Below, in pieces: positions 19,518 to 27,925 of a stretch of 57,113 nucleotides of DNA. How positions within the stretch are numbered: the stretch's first letter is position 1; every line of letters begins with the position of its first letter. Under the pieces are notes generated by a model. That model worked only from the letters and a program-made list of their open reading frames with translations, did not search any database and had not been told where the DNA came from. Location: contig JBGPJZ010000003.1 of the NCBI GenBank assembly GCA_041485695.1, forward strand, positions 1-57,113, written 5' to 3'. Source of the stretch: Minisyncoccia bacterium. GTDB taxonomy: Bacteria; Patescibacteriota; Minisyncoccia; Phycocordibacterales; Phycocordibacteraceae. The position numbers and the translations under genes are program-made.

Positions 19518-19724
19518 CTATGCTTGCACGTAGGGGAGGAGGGCCATGTAGCGGGCGCGCTTGATGGCTTGGGAGATATCGCGCTGTTTGCCGGCGGGGA
19601 TACCAGTCTTCTTCTTTGAAAGCATTTTCGCGTGCGGATTGGTGAATTGCTTCAAGTATGCGACATCTTTGTAGTCGATGAATTTCTTGATTTCTATCTC
19701 CTCACGTTCAGCTTGATATGCCAT
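19518..19724 (-). CDS. rpsR: 30S ribosomal protein S18
   Basis: IDYKDVAYLKQF...QRDISQAIKRARYMALLPYV. Confidence 0.97.
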   Translation of the reverse strand: MAYQAEREEIEIKKFIDYKDVAYLKQFTNPHAKMLSKKKTGIPAGKQRDISQAIKRARYMALLPYVQA

Positions 19725-19735
19725 GTGAATATTCG

Positions 19736-20197
19736 TTAAAACGGAATGTCTTCAGGGTTAATCTCTTCGTCCGGGTACTTGATCTCCTCCCCGCTCCCTT
19801 TCGGAGCTACCTGCTCCTCTTCGCCGCTCGCAGCCTGTCGCCCGCTACCCCCCGAAGAACTACCTCGGGCGCTGTCGCCGAACTGAAAGTTCTCAACGAC
19901 AATCTCGGTGCGATACTTCTTCTCGCCGCTCGTCTTATCGTCCCATGAGCGCGTCTGGATGCGCCCCTCGACGAAAATCGCCTTTCCCTTTTTGCAGTAC
20001 TGGCCGATGACCTCGGCTTGGCGAGCAAAGGCGACGATGTTGTGGAACTCGGCGGTCTCCTTTTTCTCGCCGCTCTTGTCTTTGTACACGCGGTTCGTGG
20101 CAAGTCCGAAATTAGCCACTTGCCCGCCCGAGGGGAGAGCCCGGAGCTCCGGGTCGCGAGTCAAGTTACCGTAGAGAAATACTTTATTGAGGTACAT
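19736..20197 (-). CDS. ssb: Single-stranded DNA-binding protein
   Basis: NKVFLYGNLTRDPELR, VEGRIQTRSW, C-terminal EDIPF. Confidence 0.98.
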   Translation of the reverse strand: MYLNKVFLYGNLTRDPELRALPSGGQVANFGLATNRVYKDKSGEKKETAEFHNIVAFARQAEVIGQYCKKGKAIFVEGRIQTRSWDDKTSGEKKYRTEIVVENFQFGDSARGSSSGGSGRQAASGEEEQVAPKGSGEEIKYPDEEINPEDIPF

Positions 20198-20209
20198 GTC
20201 GTAATGCTA

Positions 20210-20716
20210 TCACGCAGCGGCTGCTTCAAGCGCAGCATCAAGTTCGCTATCCGAGACGCCTTCCGCCTTCACTTCGGGCTCAGCGACCTTCATCGCCATG
20301 AGGCGCATCTCCGCTGCATGGCGCGCCGCATCCTTGGTCGTAATCACATCGATAAAGCGGGCAATGCGCCCCTCCTCCTTCACGGCCTCAAGCACCTTCT
20401 CGTGGTTTTGGGTTGAAGTCTCATACGCAATCCACGCAAAAAAGGCTGAATCGAAATCGCGCCGACCCGCGGTCTCTTGACGAGAGATTGTGTAGGCGAG
20501 CGGAATCTTCTCGGGCTCCCCTTCCGCAACGAGGGCTCCCTGCTTCTCGATAACATCCTTCACCGCCTGGTAGGCCTTCTTGACCTCCTCTGAAGGGAGC
20601 TCTGGGTCAAGATGAAAACCGAGTTCGTAGACATGTGAACCACCACCCTCGTCGGCCTCCGCGAGTTCATCCTCTGCGCTCCGCCAGCCGGCGGATCTGT
20701 CATCCTTCTTAGCCAT
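20210..20716 (-). CDS. rpsF: 30S ribosomal protein S6 with N-terminal extension
   Basis: YELGFHL, KIPLAYTI, position in the rpsF-ssb-rpsR operon. Confidence 0.9.
   Translation of the reverse strand: MAKKDDRSAGWRSAEDELAEADEGGGSHVYELGFHLDPELPSEEVKKAYQAVKDVIEKQGALVAEGEPEKIPLAYTISRQETAGRRDFDSAFFAWIAYETSTQNHEKVLEAVKEEGRIARFIDVITTKDAARHAAEMRLMAMKVAEPEVKAEGVSDSELDAALEAAAA
20680..20695. repeat. Palindromic element family A inside rpsF (encodes SAGWR)
   Basis: tccgccagccggcgga, 15/16 identical to the 11697 copy. Confidence 0.65.
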
Positions 20717-20728
20717 AATGAGGGCACT

Positions 20729-21733
20729 CTAGCATCTGTTTTTTGCCTTCGCAAGCACCTGATCTTGGAGTTTTCTGGTATTGCCATGCGAAAGGAGACC
20801 GAGATAGGAAGCGACCGTCTCTCTCTTTCCTTCTGTTTCTTCAATACGCCGGAACATTCTCCGCTTGGTTTTTGTCCGTAATACTCTATGGTCAGGAAAA
20901 TGCACCCAGCCGAGGAAATCAATGCCCGAAGCAAGCGTAGTAACTGAGACTTTATCCGGATGCATTTCAAGTTTCAACCGCTTCCGCAAAAACACTTCCA
21001 TATAGGGAAGTGTTTTAACAAGCCATGCGCGGTCTTGAGAGAGAAGAACGAAGTCATCAGCATATCGAATATAATATTTTACTTTGAGTTTGTGCTTTAC
21101 GAACTGGTCAAACTCATTCATATAGATGTTCACGAGAAGTTGGGACGTGAGATTGCCGAGCGGTAATCCTTTGCCGAAAGCAGTAGAGTGGAAACTTTCA
21201 ATTACGTTCCGCAATAGCAGTAGAATTTGTTCGTCGGAGATATTCCAGCGCAAAATGGTAAGCAAGGCCGGCTGGTCAATAGATGCGAAGAACTTGCGGA
21301 TGTCGCACTTGAGCACCCAGAGCGTTTTCGTGTGATTCTTACTTGCCTGATAGGCACGCCGTCGAAACATGTTCATCGCTCGGTGCGTTCCTTTCCCTTC
21401 TCGGCAAGAATACGAGTCCGCGATAAAGGTGCGGTCGAAAAAGGGGTAGAGTTTGCGATAAAGCGCGTGGTGGAGAAGCCGATCGCGCACGCTCGCTTTG
21501 TGGATATCGCGCGGCTTCGGGTCATTGATTTTGAAGTGTTCATACCCTCCATGCTGGTAGGTGCCAGAGACAAGATCGGCGTGGAGTTTCGAAATATTCT
21601 CTATAAGATTGTACTCAAACGCTTGCACATCTTTCTTCTTTTGCTTGCCACGGGCAAATTCCTTCCATGCATCGAGCAAATTTTCGGTAGAAATGATATC
21701 GTCGTAGGAATGAGAAATGCTGATTCCGCCCAT
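20729..21733 (-). CDS. DGR reverse transcriptase
   Basis: GLPLGNLTSQ and YIRYADDFV motifs, PRDIHKASVRDRLLHHA, KCDIRKFF. Start at ATG 21733 (or GTG 21760). The longer 432-aa ORF is antisense avd. Confidence 0.95.
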   Translation of the reverse strand: MGGISISHSYDDIISTENLLDAWKEFARGKQKKKDVQAFEYNLIENISKLHADLVSGTYQHGGYEHFKINDPKPRDIHKASVRDRLLHHALYRKLYPFFDRTFIADSYSCREGKGTHRAMNMFRRRAYQASKNHTKTLWVLKCDIRKFFASIDQPALLTILRWNISDEQILLLLRNVIESFHSTAFGKGLPLGNLTSQLLVNIYMNEFDQFVKHKLKVKYYIRYADDFVLLSQDRAWLVKTLPYMEVFLRKRLKLEMHPDKVSVTTLASGIDFLGWVHFPDHRVLRTKTKRRMFRRIEETEGKRETVASYLGLLSHGNTRKLQDQVLAKAKNRC

Positions 21734-22142
21734 TCTCTTGAGAGTACCCCCCCCCCGCACGGTTTCGCAAGAAAAATTGGTGCCGGTGGTGTTGAAATTG
21801 AAAGAAGCGTATCTCGCGTGGCAAACGGCGCTCCCCCACGTCAGCAAAGCACGTCGGCAAACCATCGCCGCACGCATTGATGCGGCACTTCTCGACACGC
21901 TTGAATACGCATTTCGCGCCGAGTATCTTTCAGGAGAACGGAAAATGGGTGCGCTTGAGACGTCTATCGCAAGACTTGATGTTGCTAAATTCTTTCTGCT
22001 TGTTGGATGGGAGTGCAACGCTATCACGAGCGCTCAACACTTTCGAATAGCCGGAGTTCTAGTTGATGCAAGCAAGATGCTAGTCGGCTGGCGTTCATAT
22101 CTTGAAAAGAAAACTCCCGCAAGCGGAGGCGGGAGAAAGTAA
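21717..22142 (+). CDS. avd: Avd (accessory variability determinant) four-helix-bundle protein
   Basis: VPVVLKLKEAYLAW...RQTIAARIDAALLDTLE...IARLDVAKFFL...ASKMLVGWRSYL follows the Avd pattern. Start could also be TTG 21778. Confidence 0.85.
   Translation: MLIPPILLRVPPPRTVSQEKLVPVVLKLKEAYLAWQTALPHVSKARRQTIAARIDAALLDTLEYAFRAEYLSGERKMGALETSIARLDVAKFFLLVGWECNAITSAQHFRIAGVLVDASKMLVGWRSYLEKKTPASGGGRK
22105..22135 (-). terminator. Terminator-like hairpin immediately 3' of TR
   Basis: Stem ctcccgc/gcgggag (22114-22135), followed on the minus strand by TTTTCTTTTC. Confidence 0.6.
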
Positions 22143-22147
22143 GACTT

Positions 22148-22255
22148 GTTTCGGACGAGAATGCGATTGTCAGCATTCCAGACGTTGCTGTTGTCGAGCC
22201 GGTTGACGTTCGAGTTCCAATCGCGCTCATCGCGATTGACGTTGCCAACCGAGAC
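22148..22255 (-). repeat. DGR template repeat (TR)
   Basis: 108 nt with 28 adenines, rich in AAC/AAT codons. Identical to the VR at all 80 non-A positions. Confidence 0.97.
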
Positions 22256-22510
22256 GCTTCGTGCCGCGCGCCATCCATTACGCCAGCGAAGGCCACCATC
22301 CCTTGAATACACCACAAGGGTGCTTCATTTTTCTAACACAGAGTACCGTGAAGAAAAACTGGTCGCTCTCGGGACTGTATCTAATTTGGGGCATTGAACC
22401 CACAAGCACGCGGCACCAACTTGTATTTCTTTTTTCGGGCGTTTTGTACCCGGAACCTCGCCACCTCAAGCGCATGGCCAGAGATGCCAGCGTGTTCAGG
22501 CAAAAGAATA

Positions 22511-22540
22511 CACCCTCCCGCCATTGTAGACGAGAGGGTG
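22511..22540 (-). terminator. GC-rich hairpin downstream of the DGR target gene
   Basis: 10-bp stem caccctcccg/cgagagggtg with one wobble, T-rich tail on the minus strand. Confidence 0.6.
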
Positions 22541-22576
22541 CAGGATTTCGACGCCCAAATACAGGGACCGGAAGGG

Positions 22577-23287
22577 TCAGAGTTTCGAAGCGTCCAAGTT
22601 GCGGACGAGAATGCGACTGCCAGCATCCCAGACGCGGCTGTAGCCGAGCCGGCCGACGCCCGAGCGCCAATCGCGCCCACCGCGAAAGACGTAGCCAACC
22701 GAGACGGGGTTATTTTTATCTCCAGTTTTCACCGGGAAAAAATTACCCCAGCCGTCGGTACGCATACCAGTCTTCTCACCGCGCTCGGTCTTCTCGGCCA
22801 TTTCTTCGGCTTGCGCTAAAGTCATGGTGTGACCGCGCGCAATGAGGAGTTCTCCGATTTCTTTGACTGGCGTGTCAGCCGAGACACCGAGAATCGGCGC
22901 AAACCACTTGACGAATGTTGCGTCCTCGGTGGAAGCGAGCGTCGTGATTGCGCAAGCGTCGGTTTTCGGCTGATTGGCCGGGAGCCAGCGGTCAAAGTCG
23001 CTGTCACGGCCGCCCCGTGCCCAGACACTGCCGACGAAACACTGTATCGTCTTCTTGGCAGCAACTGCGCCGAGTTGAGTTGTCGCGACTGATTCGAGCA
23101 GTTTGCGCGTCTCGACTCTCGCCGATACCGACGCCACTTCCGGAGGACCGAAGCCGGAAAGTAATGTCTTGGTTGCAGCTGGATCATCCATCCATCCGTT
23201 CATGGTTGCATCGTCCATTTCCGGCATGTTCTGAATGACGAAGCCGAGGAACGCGGCGGTTTTGTGGTCAAAGGCCTTCGCACTCAT
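22577..23287 (-). CDS. DGR variable (target) protein with C-terminal VR, probably CLec-type display; no signal peptide
   Basis: AAGGAG before ATG 23287. The VR encodes VSVGYVFRGGRDWRSGVGRLGYSRVWDAGSRILVRN. Confidence 0.92.
   Translation of the reverse strand: MSAKAFDHKTAAFLGFVIQNMPEMDDATMNGWMDDPAATKTLLSGFGPPEVASVSARVETRKLLESVATTQLGAVAAKKTIQCFVGSVWARGGRDSDFDRWLPANQPKTDACAITTLASTEDATFVKWFAPILGVSADTPVKEIGELLIARGHTMTLAQAEEMAEKTERGEKTGMRTDGWGNFFPVKTGDKNNPVSVGYVFRGGRDWRSGVGRLGYSRVWDAGSRILVRNLDASKL
22598..22705 (-). repeat. DGR variable repeat (VR)
   Basis: 19 differences from TR, all at TR adenines (12 A>G, 4 A>T, 3 A>C). Confidence 0.97.
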
Positions 23288-23366
23288 GTGCGCTTCTCCT
23301 TGTCGGACAGCCCGCGATTCCCAATGAATCAAGGTGCTTCCTAGATACCACTATACACCCATAGGC

Positions 23367-24197
23367 CTATTCTGTCAAGGTGTTATTGAAAATAGGCCGT
23401 ATTTTAAAGAGATTTTTGGCGTTTTGGAGGAGAGCTAAGTGGACGGTCTCAAAATCCTCCCCGCGGATTTCGGCGACCTTGGCGACAACATCTTGGACGG
23501 CCAAAGGGTCATTGCGGCTTCCGCGGGCGCGGTTGGTGGGTGGGACATACGGAGAGTCAGTCTCGGACAAAATCATATTGAGAGGCGCCGAACGAATAAC
23601 CTGATCGTAATCGCGCGCAAAAGTGATGACCGCAGTGAATGAAATAGTAAATCCAAGATCAAAGAAGGCCTGCGCCTCTCCTATACCACCCACAAAGAAA
23701 TGAATGTCGCCACGCAGATTTGGATGCGCAGTTTTCGCTTCTTTCAGAATCGCAATCAGGTCCTGATACGCGTCCATCGTGCCTTTAGAAGGGCGCGAGT
23801 GGATGATGAGCGGCTTATCAAGCTCCGCCGCGAGCGCGATATGTAGTTTCAAAACTGTTTTCTGCGTATTCTTGATTTCGTCATTCACTTCTGCCGGCCG
23901 AAAATAATCCAAGCCGCACTCCCCTATCGCGACGACTTTCGGATTCTCCGCAAGCAGGCGATACGTTGCGACATCAAACCCTTCTGCCTGTGTTCGATTC
24001 GGGTGCAACCCCACGGAGGCATAGAGATTCTCGTGGCCCTCTACCAACTCAACGGCTTTCCTTGAAGATTCAAAATCGCACCCGACCACAATCCCCGCCA
24101 CTTCTTGCTCTTTCATCTTCTCAATAATCTCTGCTTGATCTGTATCAAACGCATCGAACTGCACGTGGCAGTGCGCATCAAAATACTTCGCGTTCAT
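23367..24197 (-). CDS. tatD: TatD family hydrolase
   Basis: DAHCHV, VGLHP, IGECGLDY, IIHSR, ETDSPY. Confidence 0.95.
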   Translation of the reverse strand: MNAKYFDAHCHVQFDAFDTDQAEIIEKMKEQEVAGIVVGCDFESSRKAVELVEGHENLYASVGLHPNRTQAEGFDVATYRLLAENPKVVAIGECGLDYFRPAEVNDEIKNTQKTVLKLHIALAAELDKPLIIHSRPSKGTMDAYQDLIAILKEAKTAHPNLRGDIHFFVGGIGEAQAFFDLGFTISFTAVITFARDYDQVIRSAPLNMILSETDSPYVPPTNRARGSRNDPLAVQDVVAKVAEIRGEDFETVHLALLQNAKNLFKIRPIFNNTLTE

Positions 24198-25609
24198 AAT
24201 CTCGGAAAAAGATTCTCGGGCTTTTTGTTTTGACGAACAGCTTTCAAGATTATTTCGGACGTTGCAGGCATCGCAGGTGCGAGGTGTGCTGCAACTTTTG
24301 TAATATGCTTCACCAGTTTTTCGAGTACCTTTTTTGCCTCTTCGGGCTCGGTTTTAATCTTCTTGTAGGGCTCCTCGGTCGTCATATACGCGTCGCCTTT
24401 CCCCACGTGTTCCCACACGAGATCCATCGCCTCGTTAAATTTGAATGTTTCCATTTTTTCTGTAAACGCTGGCTCAATATTCATGTCCTCGGGCGTAAGC
24501 GAGACCGGCGAAAGGTGCTGCTCTGCGAGTGTCATCACGCGCGCAACAAGATTACCGAGGCCGTTGACCAAATTCGCTGTGTAGTATTCGTGGATATTTT
24601 CGAGGGTGAGGTCGGTGTCTTCAAAGGGGTGCGCGTGCCGGAGGAGGACATACCGGAGGGCATCAACGCCATATTTCTCTGCAATCGCCATCGGGTCTAT
24701 CACATTGCCGGTCGTCTTCGACATCTTCTGCCCGCCCGAGATGATGGTCCCGTGGATGAATACTTGTCGCGAGAGCGGGAAGCCGGCCGAAAGAAGCATC
24801 GCTTGAAACATGGCGGATTGCTGGCGCAGATTATCTTTGCCCGCGAAGTGCGTCACCGGCCACCACTTCTTGAACGTCTCTTCATTCTCCGGCCAGCCGA
24901 TTGCAGAGAGGTAGCTCGTCAGTGCATCGAACCAGACATACATGATGTGGGAGTCGTCGCCCGGCACCCGGACGCCCCACGAGAGCTTCTCGGAGGGGCG
25001 CGAAATGCTGAAGTCTTTGAGGCCGCTTTTTACAAACGAAACAATTTCATTCAGGCGTTCTTTTGGCACGACAAAATCGGGATGCTGTTCGTAGTGCGCA
25101 AGAAGAGCATCTTGATATTTTGAAAATCGGAAGAAATAGTTCTCTTCTTTGCGGACTTCTATCGTGAGCGTCGGGTGCAAGGGGCACTTCCCGTCAACAA
25201 GTTCCGAGTCGGTCTTTTCGAGCTCGCACCCGACACAATATTTGATTTCGTAATCGGCCTTGTAGATGTCCCCCGTGGCCGCGCACCGCTTCCACATCTC
25301 TTGCGCGGCGCGCTCGTGCTTCGGGTCGGTCGTGCGGAGAAATGTGTCTTCGCTGATGTTGAGACGTTTTGCAAAAAGTTTGAACTGATTTGCGTAGAAA
25401 TCGACGAAATCCTTGGGTATCTTGCCAGATTCCTCGGCGCGCTTCGCCACCTTCGCGCCGTGCTCGTCGGTCCCGATATTAAAAAATACTTCTTCGCCGA
25501 GCGCGCGGAGCGCGCGGACGTAGCAATCCGCTTCCACAAATTCAAGCGCGTGACCAAGATGCGGGTCAGCGTTCACATACGGGAGGGTCGTCGTAACGTA
25601 CCGGCTCAT
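24194..25609 (-). CDS. metG: Methionine-tRNA ligase (short form without C-terminal OB domain)
   Basis: YVNADPHLGH, GTDEHG, YVWFDAL, KMSKTTGN. Confidence 0.97.
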   Translation of the reverse strand: MSRYVTTTLPYVNADPHLGHALEFVEADCYVRALRALGEEVFFNIGTDEHGAKVAKRAEESGKIPKDFVDFYANQFKLFAKRLNISEDTFLRTTDPKHERAAQEMWKRCAATGDIYKADYEIKYCVGCELEKTDSELVDGKCPLHPTLTIEVRKEENYFFRFSKYQDALLAHYEQHPDFVVPKERLNEIVSFVKSGLKDFSISRPSEKLSWGVRVPGDDSHIMYVWFDALTSYLSAIGWPENEETFKKWWPVTHFAGKDNLRQQSAMFQAMLLSAGFPLSRQVFIHGTIISGGQKMSKTTGNVIDPMAIAEKYGVDALRYVLLRHAHPFEDTDLTLENIHEYYTANLVNGLGNLVARVMTLAEQHLSPVSLTPEDMNIEPAFTEKMETFKFNEAMDLVWEHVGKGDAYMTTEEPYKKIKTEPEEAKKVLEKLVKHITKVAAHLAPAMPATSEIILKAVRQNKKPENLFPRL

Positions 25610-26656
25610 TTATACGGTGCCGTTCGCCGCGCGCATCCGGCGGCCGCGGTCGAGATCGTTCACGAGCTCTTGCAAGATAGCGGCGACTGGCACCGAGAGA
25701 AAGGCGCCCAAGAAGCCGGCGATATCGACGCCGGCGATAAGACCCACGATAACGAGGAGCGGGGGAACCCCGACAATCTTCTTTACGACCAGAGGGTAGA
25801 TGAGGTTAGATTCAAACTGGTTTACAACCACAAAGAGACCCGCAACGATGAAGGCTAGTGCCGCGCCCGAGCCCGACCACGCGATGGCTACGGCGATTGA
25901 GCCGGCAAACAAGGAGCCGAAAATAGGGATGACCTCACAGAGCGCGGTCAAGACGCCAAGGAGAAGCGCGAAGGGAGCACCGACGATTAGGAGGCCGAGA
26001 TACACCAAGACACCAGCGAGCAGGGAGAGCATGAGCTGCCCCTGCATCCAGAGCCCGATCTTGTGCTGCGCGCGATGCCAGAGCGAAATGATGTACTCTT
26101 CGTATGAAAGCGGAACGATGACTCGCAAGAAGTCCTCGATACCCTGCTCCTGCACGGCAAAATAAAATGACAGGACAACAACAAGGACAAATGAAAAGAT
26201 GCCGCCGAAGAAGGTGGCTACGAGACGAAAGGCCCCTTGAGACGTATTCGTAAATGCGTCTTGTATCGAGGAGAGCGAGGAGAGAGCTGAGTTGCTGCCC
26301 GAGAAAAAATCAGCGGTGCTCGTCGTCGTAAAAGGGAGATTAATCGTGTCGAGAACGCGCGGGAGCGTTTGGATGAAGTTGGTAGCTTCGGCGATAATCG
26401 GAGGAAAGAAAAAGTAGACAAGCCCGAAGACTGCCCCAAAGACAACGAGATACATCGCCAAGACCGCAAGCAGGCGCGGGAGCCCGGTGCGCATGAAAAG
26501 CAGGACGCCGGGGCGAATCGCGGAGGCGAGCACGATTGCTGTAAGTACGAGGAGGATCAGGTCGCGTAAAAACCACGCAAGGTAGGCGCCCGCAAGGATG
26601 ACGAGCGTGATGACGACCGTCCCGGGCGTAACGGAGATGCGCACCTCTTTATCCAT
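25610..26656 (-). CDS. AI-2E (PerM) family transporter
   Basis: Multi-TM protein with IPIFGS, NQFESNLIYPL, GAFLSVPVAA. Confidence 0.9.
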   Translation of the reverse strand: MDKEVRISVTPGTVVITLVILAGAYLAWFLRDLILLVLTAIVLASAIRPGVLLFMRTGLPRLLAVLAMYLVVFGAVFGLVYFFFPPIIAEATNFIQTLPRVLDTINLPFTTTSTADFFSGSNSALSSLSSIQDAFTNTSQGAFRLVATFFGGIFSFVLVVVLSFYFAVQEQGIEDFLRVIVPLSYEEYIISLWHRAQHKIGLWMQGQLMLSLLAGVLVYLGLLIVGAPFALLLGVLTALCEVIPIFGSLFAGSIAVAIAWSGSGAALAFIVAGLFVVVNQFESNLIYPLVVKKIVGVPPLLVIVGLIAGVDIAGFLGAFLSVPVAAILQELVNDLDRGRRMRAANGTV

Positions 26657-26677
26657 GTCGCTATCCTAGCACAATCG

Positions 26678-27916
26678 CTACGAAATGGCCGAGATGAGGC
26701 GTTGTTTGACTTCCTCTACCGTGAGGCGTTCCTGCTCCCCATTATCGCGGTGGCGGAGGGTGACGGTATCTTTTAATTCTGGTTTTTCGCCAAGAGTATC
26801 AAAATCAATCGTAATGCAGAAGGGCGTGCCGATTTCATCCTGCCTGCGGTAGCGCTTGCCGATATTCCCATTATCATCCCACGCAATCCATGGGTGCACT
26901 TTTTGGAGCTCCTTACGGATTTTCTGCGCTTTAGCAACCAATTCCGGCTTGTTTTTGAGCAGCGGCGACACCATTGCCTTTATTGGCGCAATTTTCGGCG
27001 AGAGAGCGAGATAAACCCGTGTCTCATCACCCATCGTATCCTCCCGATACGCGCTTACGAGAATCGCGAGAATCGTGCGGTCGACGCCGAGCGAGGGCTC
27101 AATGACGTGCGGCACAAACCGTTCGCCGGACTCTTCATCAAGATACGAAAGGTCGACGGTGGACGCCTTCGCGTGTGCAGAGAGATCGAAGTCGCCTCGA
27201 TACGCAAGACCCCACAATTCTTTTCTGCCAAACGGATAATCGAATTCGAAATCAATCGTACGCTTGCTGTAGTGTGCGCGCTCCTCGGGGGACACTTCGA
27301 GCTCATGTACGCTCTCCTTCGGCAAACCGATTTCTTCAGCGTAGCGATGCATCAGCGCGCGCCACTCCTCAAATGCCTCCTCCCATTCGTTCGGTCGTAT
27401 GAAATACTCGACTTCCATCTGCTTCAGCTCGCGCAAACGGAAAATGAAGTCGCGCGGCGCAATCTCATTGCGGAATGCTTTACCGATTTGGCCGATGCCG
27501 AAGGGCAATTTCGGGTGCATCGAGTCGACGACGTTCTTGAAGTTTACGAAGATTCCCCCGGCAGTTTCGGGTCGAAAATAGGTCGTATTCGCCTCCTCCC
27601 CTGCCCCCACGGATGTCTCGAGCATCGTGTTGAACATCTTCCCATCTGCCGTCGGGTCAGCGAATCCCGAGACGTGGCCGGAAGCTTCCCATGCTTTCGG
27701 ATTCATTAAAATTGCCGCATCCAGGGGATACATGTCGTCGCGTTCGTTGATGAACATCTGGAACCAGAGTTGTTTGACGTTTTCTTGAAGGAGAACACCA
27801 AGAGGTCCGTAGTCGTAGGTACCGGCGAGGCCGCCGTAGATCTCGGAGCCGGGGAAGACGAAGCCGCGACGCTTACAGAGCGAGACGATTTTTTCCATGA
27901 GGTTTGGGTCGGCCAT
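26678..27916 (-). CDS. glyQS: Glycine-tRNA ligase, homodimeric type
   Basis: SLCKRRGF, YDYGPLG, RPETA, FRNEIAPR, IEPSLG, IGKRYRRQDEIGTP. Confidence 0.96.
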   Translation of the reverse strand: MADPNLMEKIVSLCKRRGFVFPGSEIYGGLAGTYDYGPLGVLLQENVKQLWFQMFINERDDMYPLDAAILMNPKAWEASGHVSGFADPTADGKMFNTMLETSVGAGEEANTTYFRPETAGGIFVNFKNVVDSMHPKLPFGIGQIGKAFRNEIAPRDFIFRLRELKQMEVEYFIRPNEWEEAFEEWRALMHRYAEEIGLPKESVHELEVSPEERAHYSKRTIDFEFDYPFGRKELWGLAYRGDFDLSAHAKASTVDLSYLDEESGERFVPHVIEPSLGVDRTILAILVSAYREDTMGDETRVYLALSPKIAPIKAMVSPLLKNKPELVAKAQKIRKELQKVHPWIAWDDNGNIGKRYRRQDEIGTPFCITIDFDTLGEKPELKDTVTLRHRDNGEQERLTVEEVKQRLISAIS

Positions 27917-27925
27917 GTTGGGTGA

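Larger units (their letters stand above)
20729..23287 (-). mobile_element. Diversity-generating retroelement (target gene-TR-inverted avd-RT) between tatD and rpsF
   Basis: RT, Avd and a TR/VR pair with adenine-specific mismatches. Confidence 0.95.

Noticed and set aside
21734-22027. 98-aa N-terminal extension of the RT in the ORF track
   Set aside because: It is the antisense reading of avd, and RT similarity begins near MGGISISHSY.
22034-22670. ORFs spanning TR and the TR-VR spacer (for example 22034-22315 and 22278-22670)
   Set aside because: They are translations of the TR or shifted frames of the VR, with no independent coding signal.
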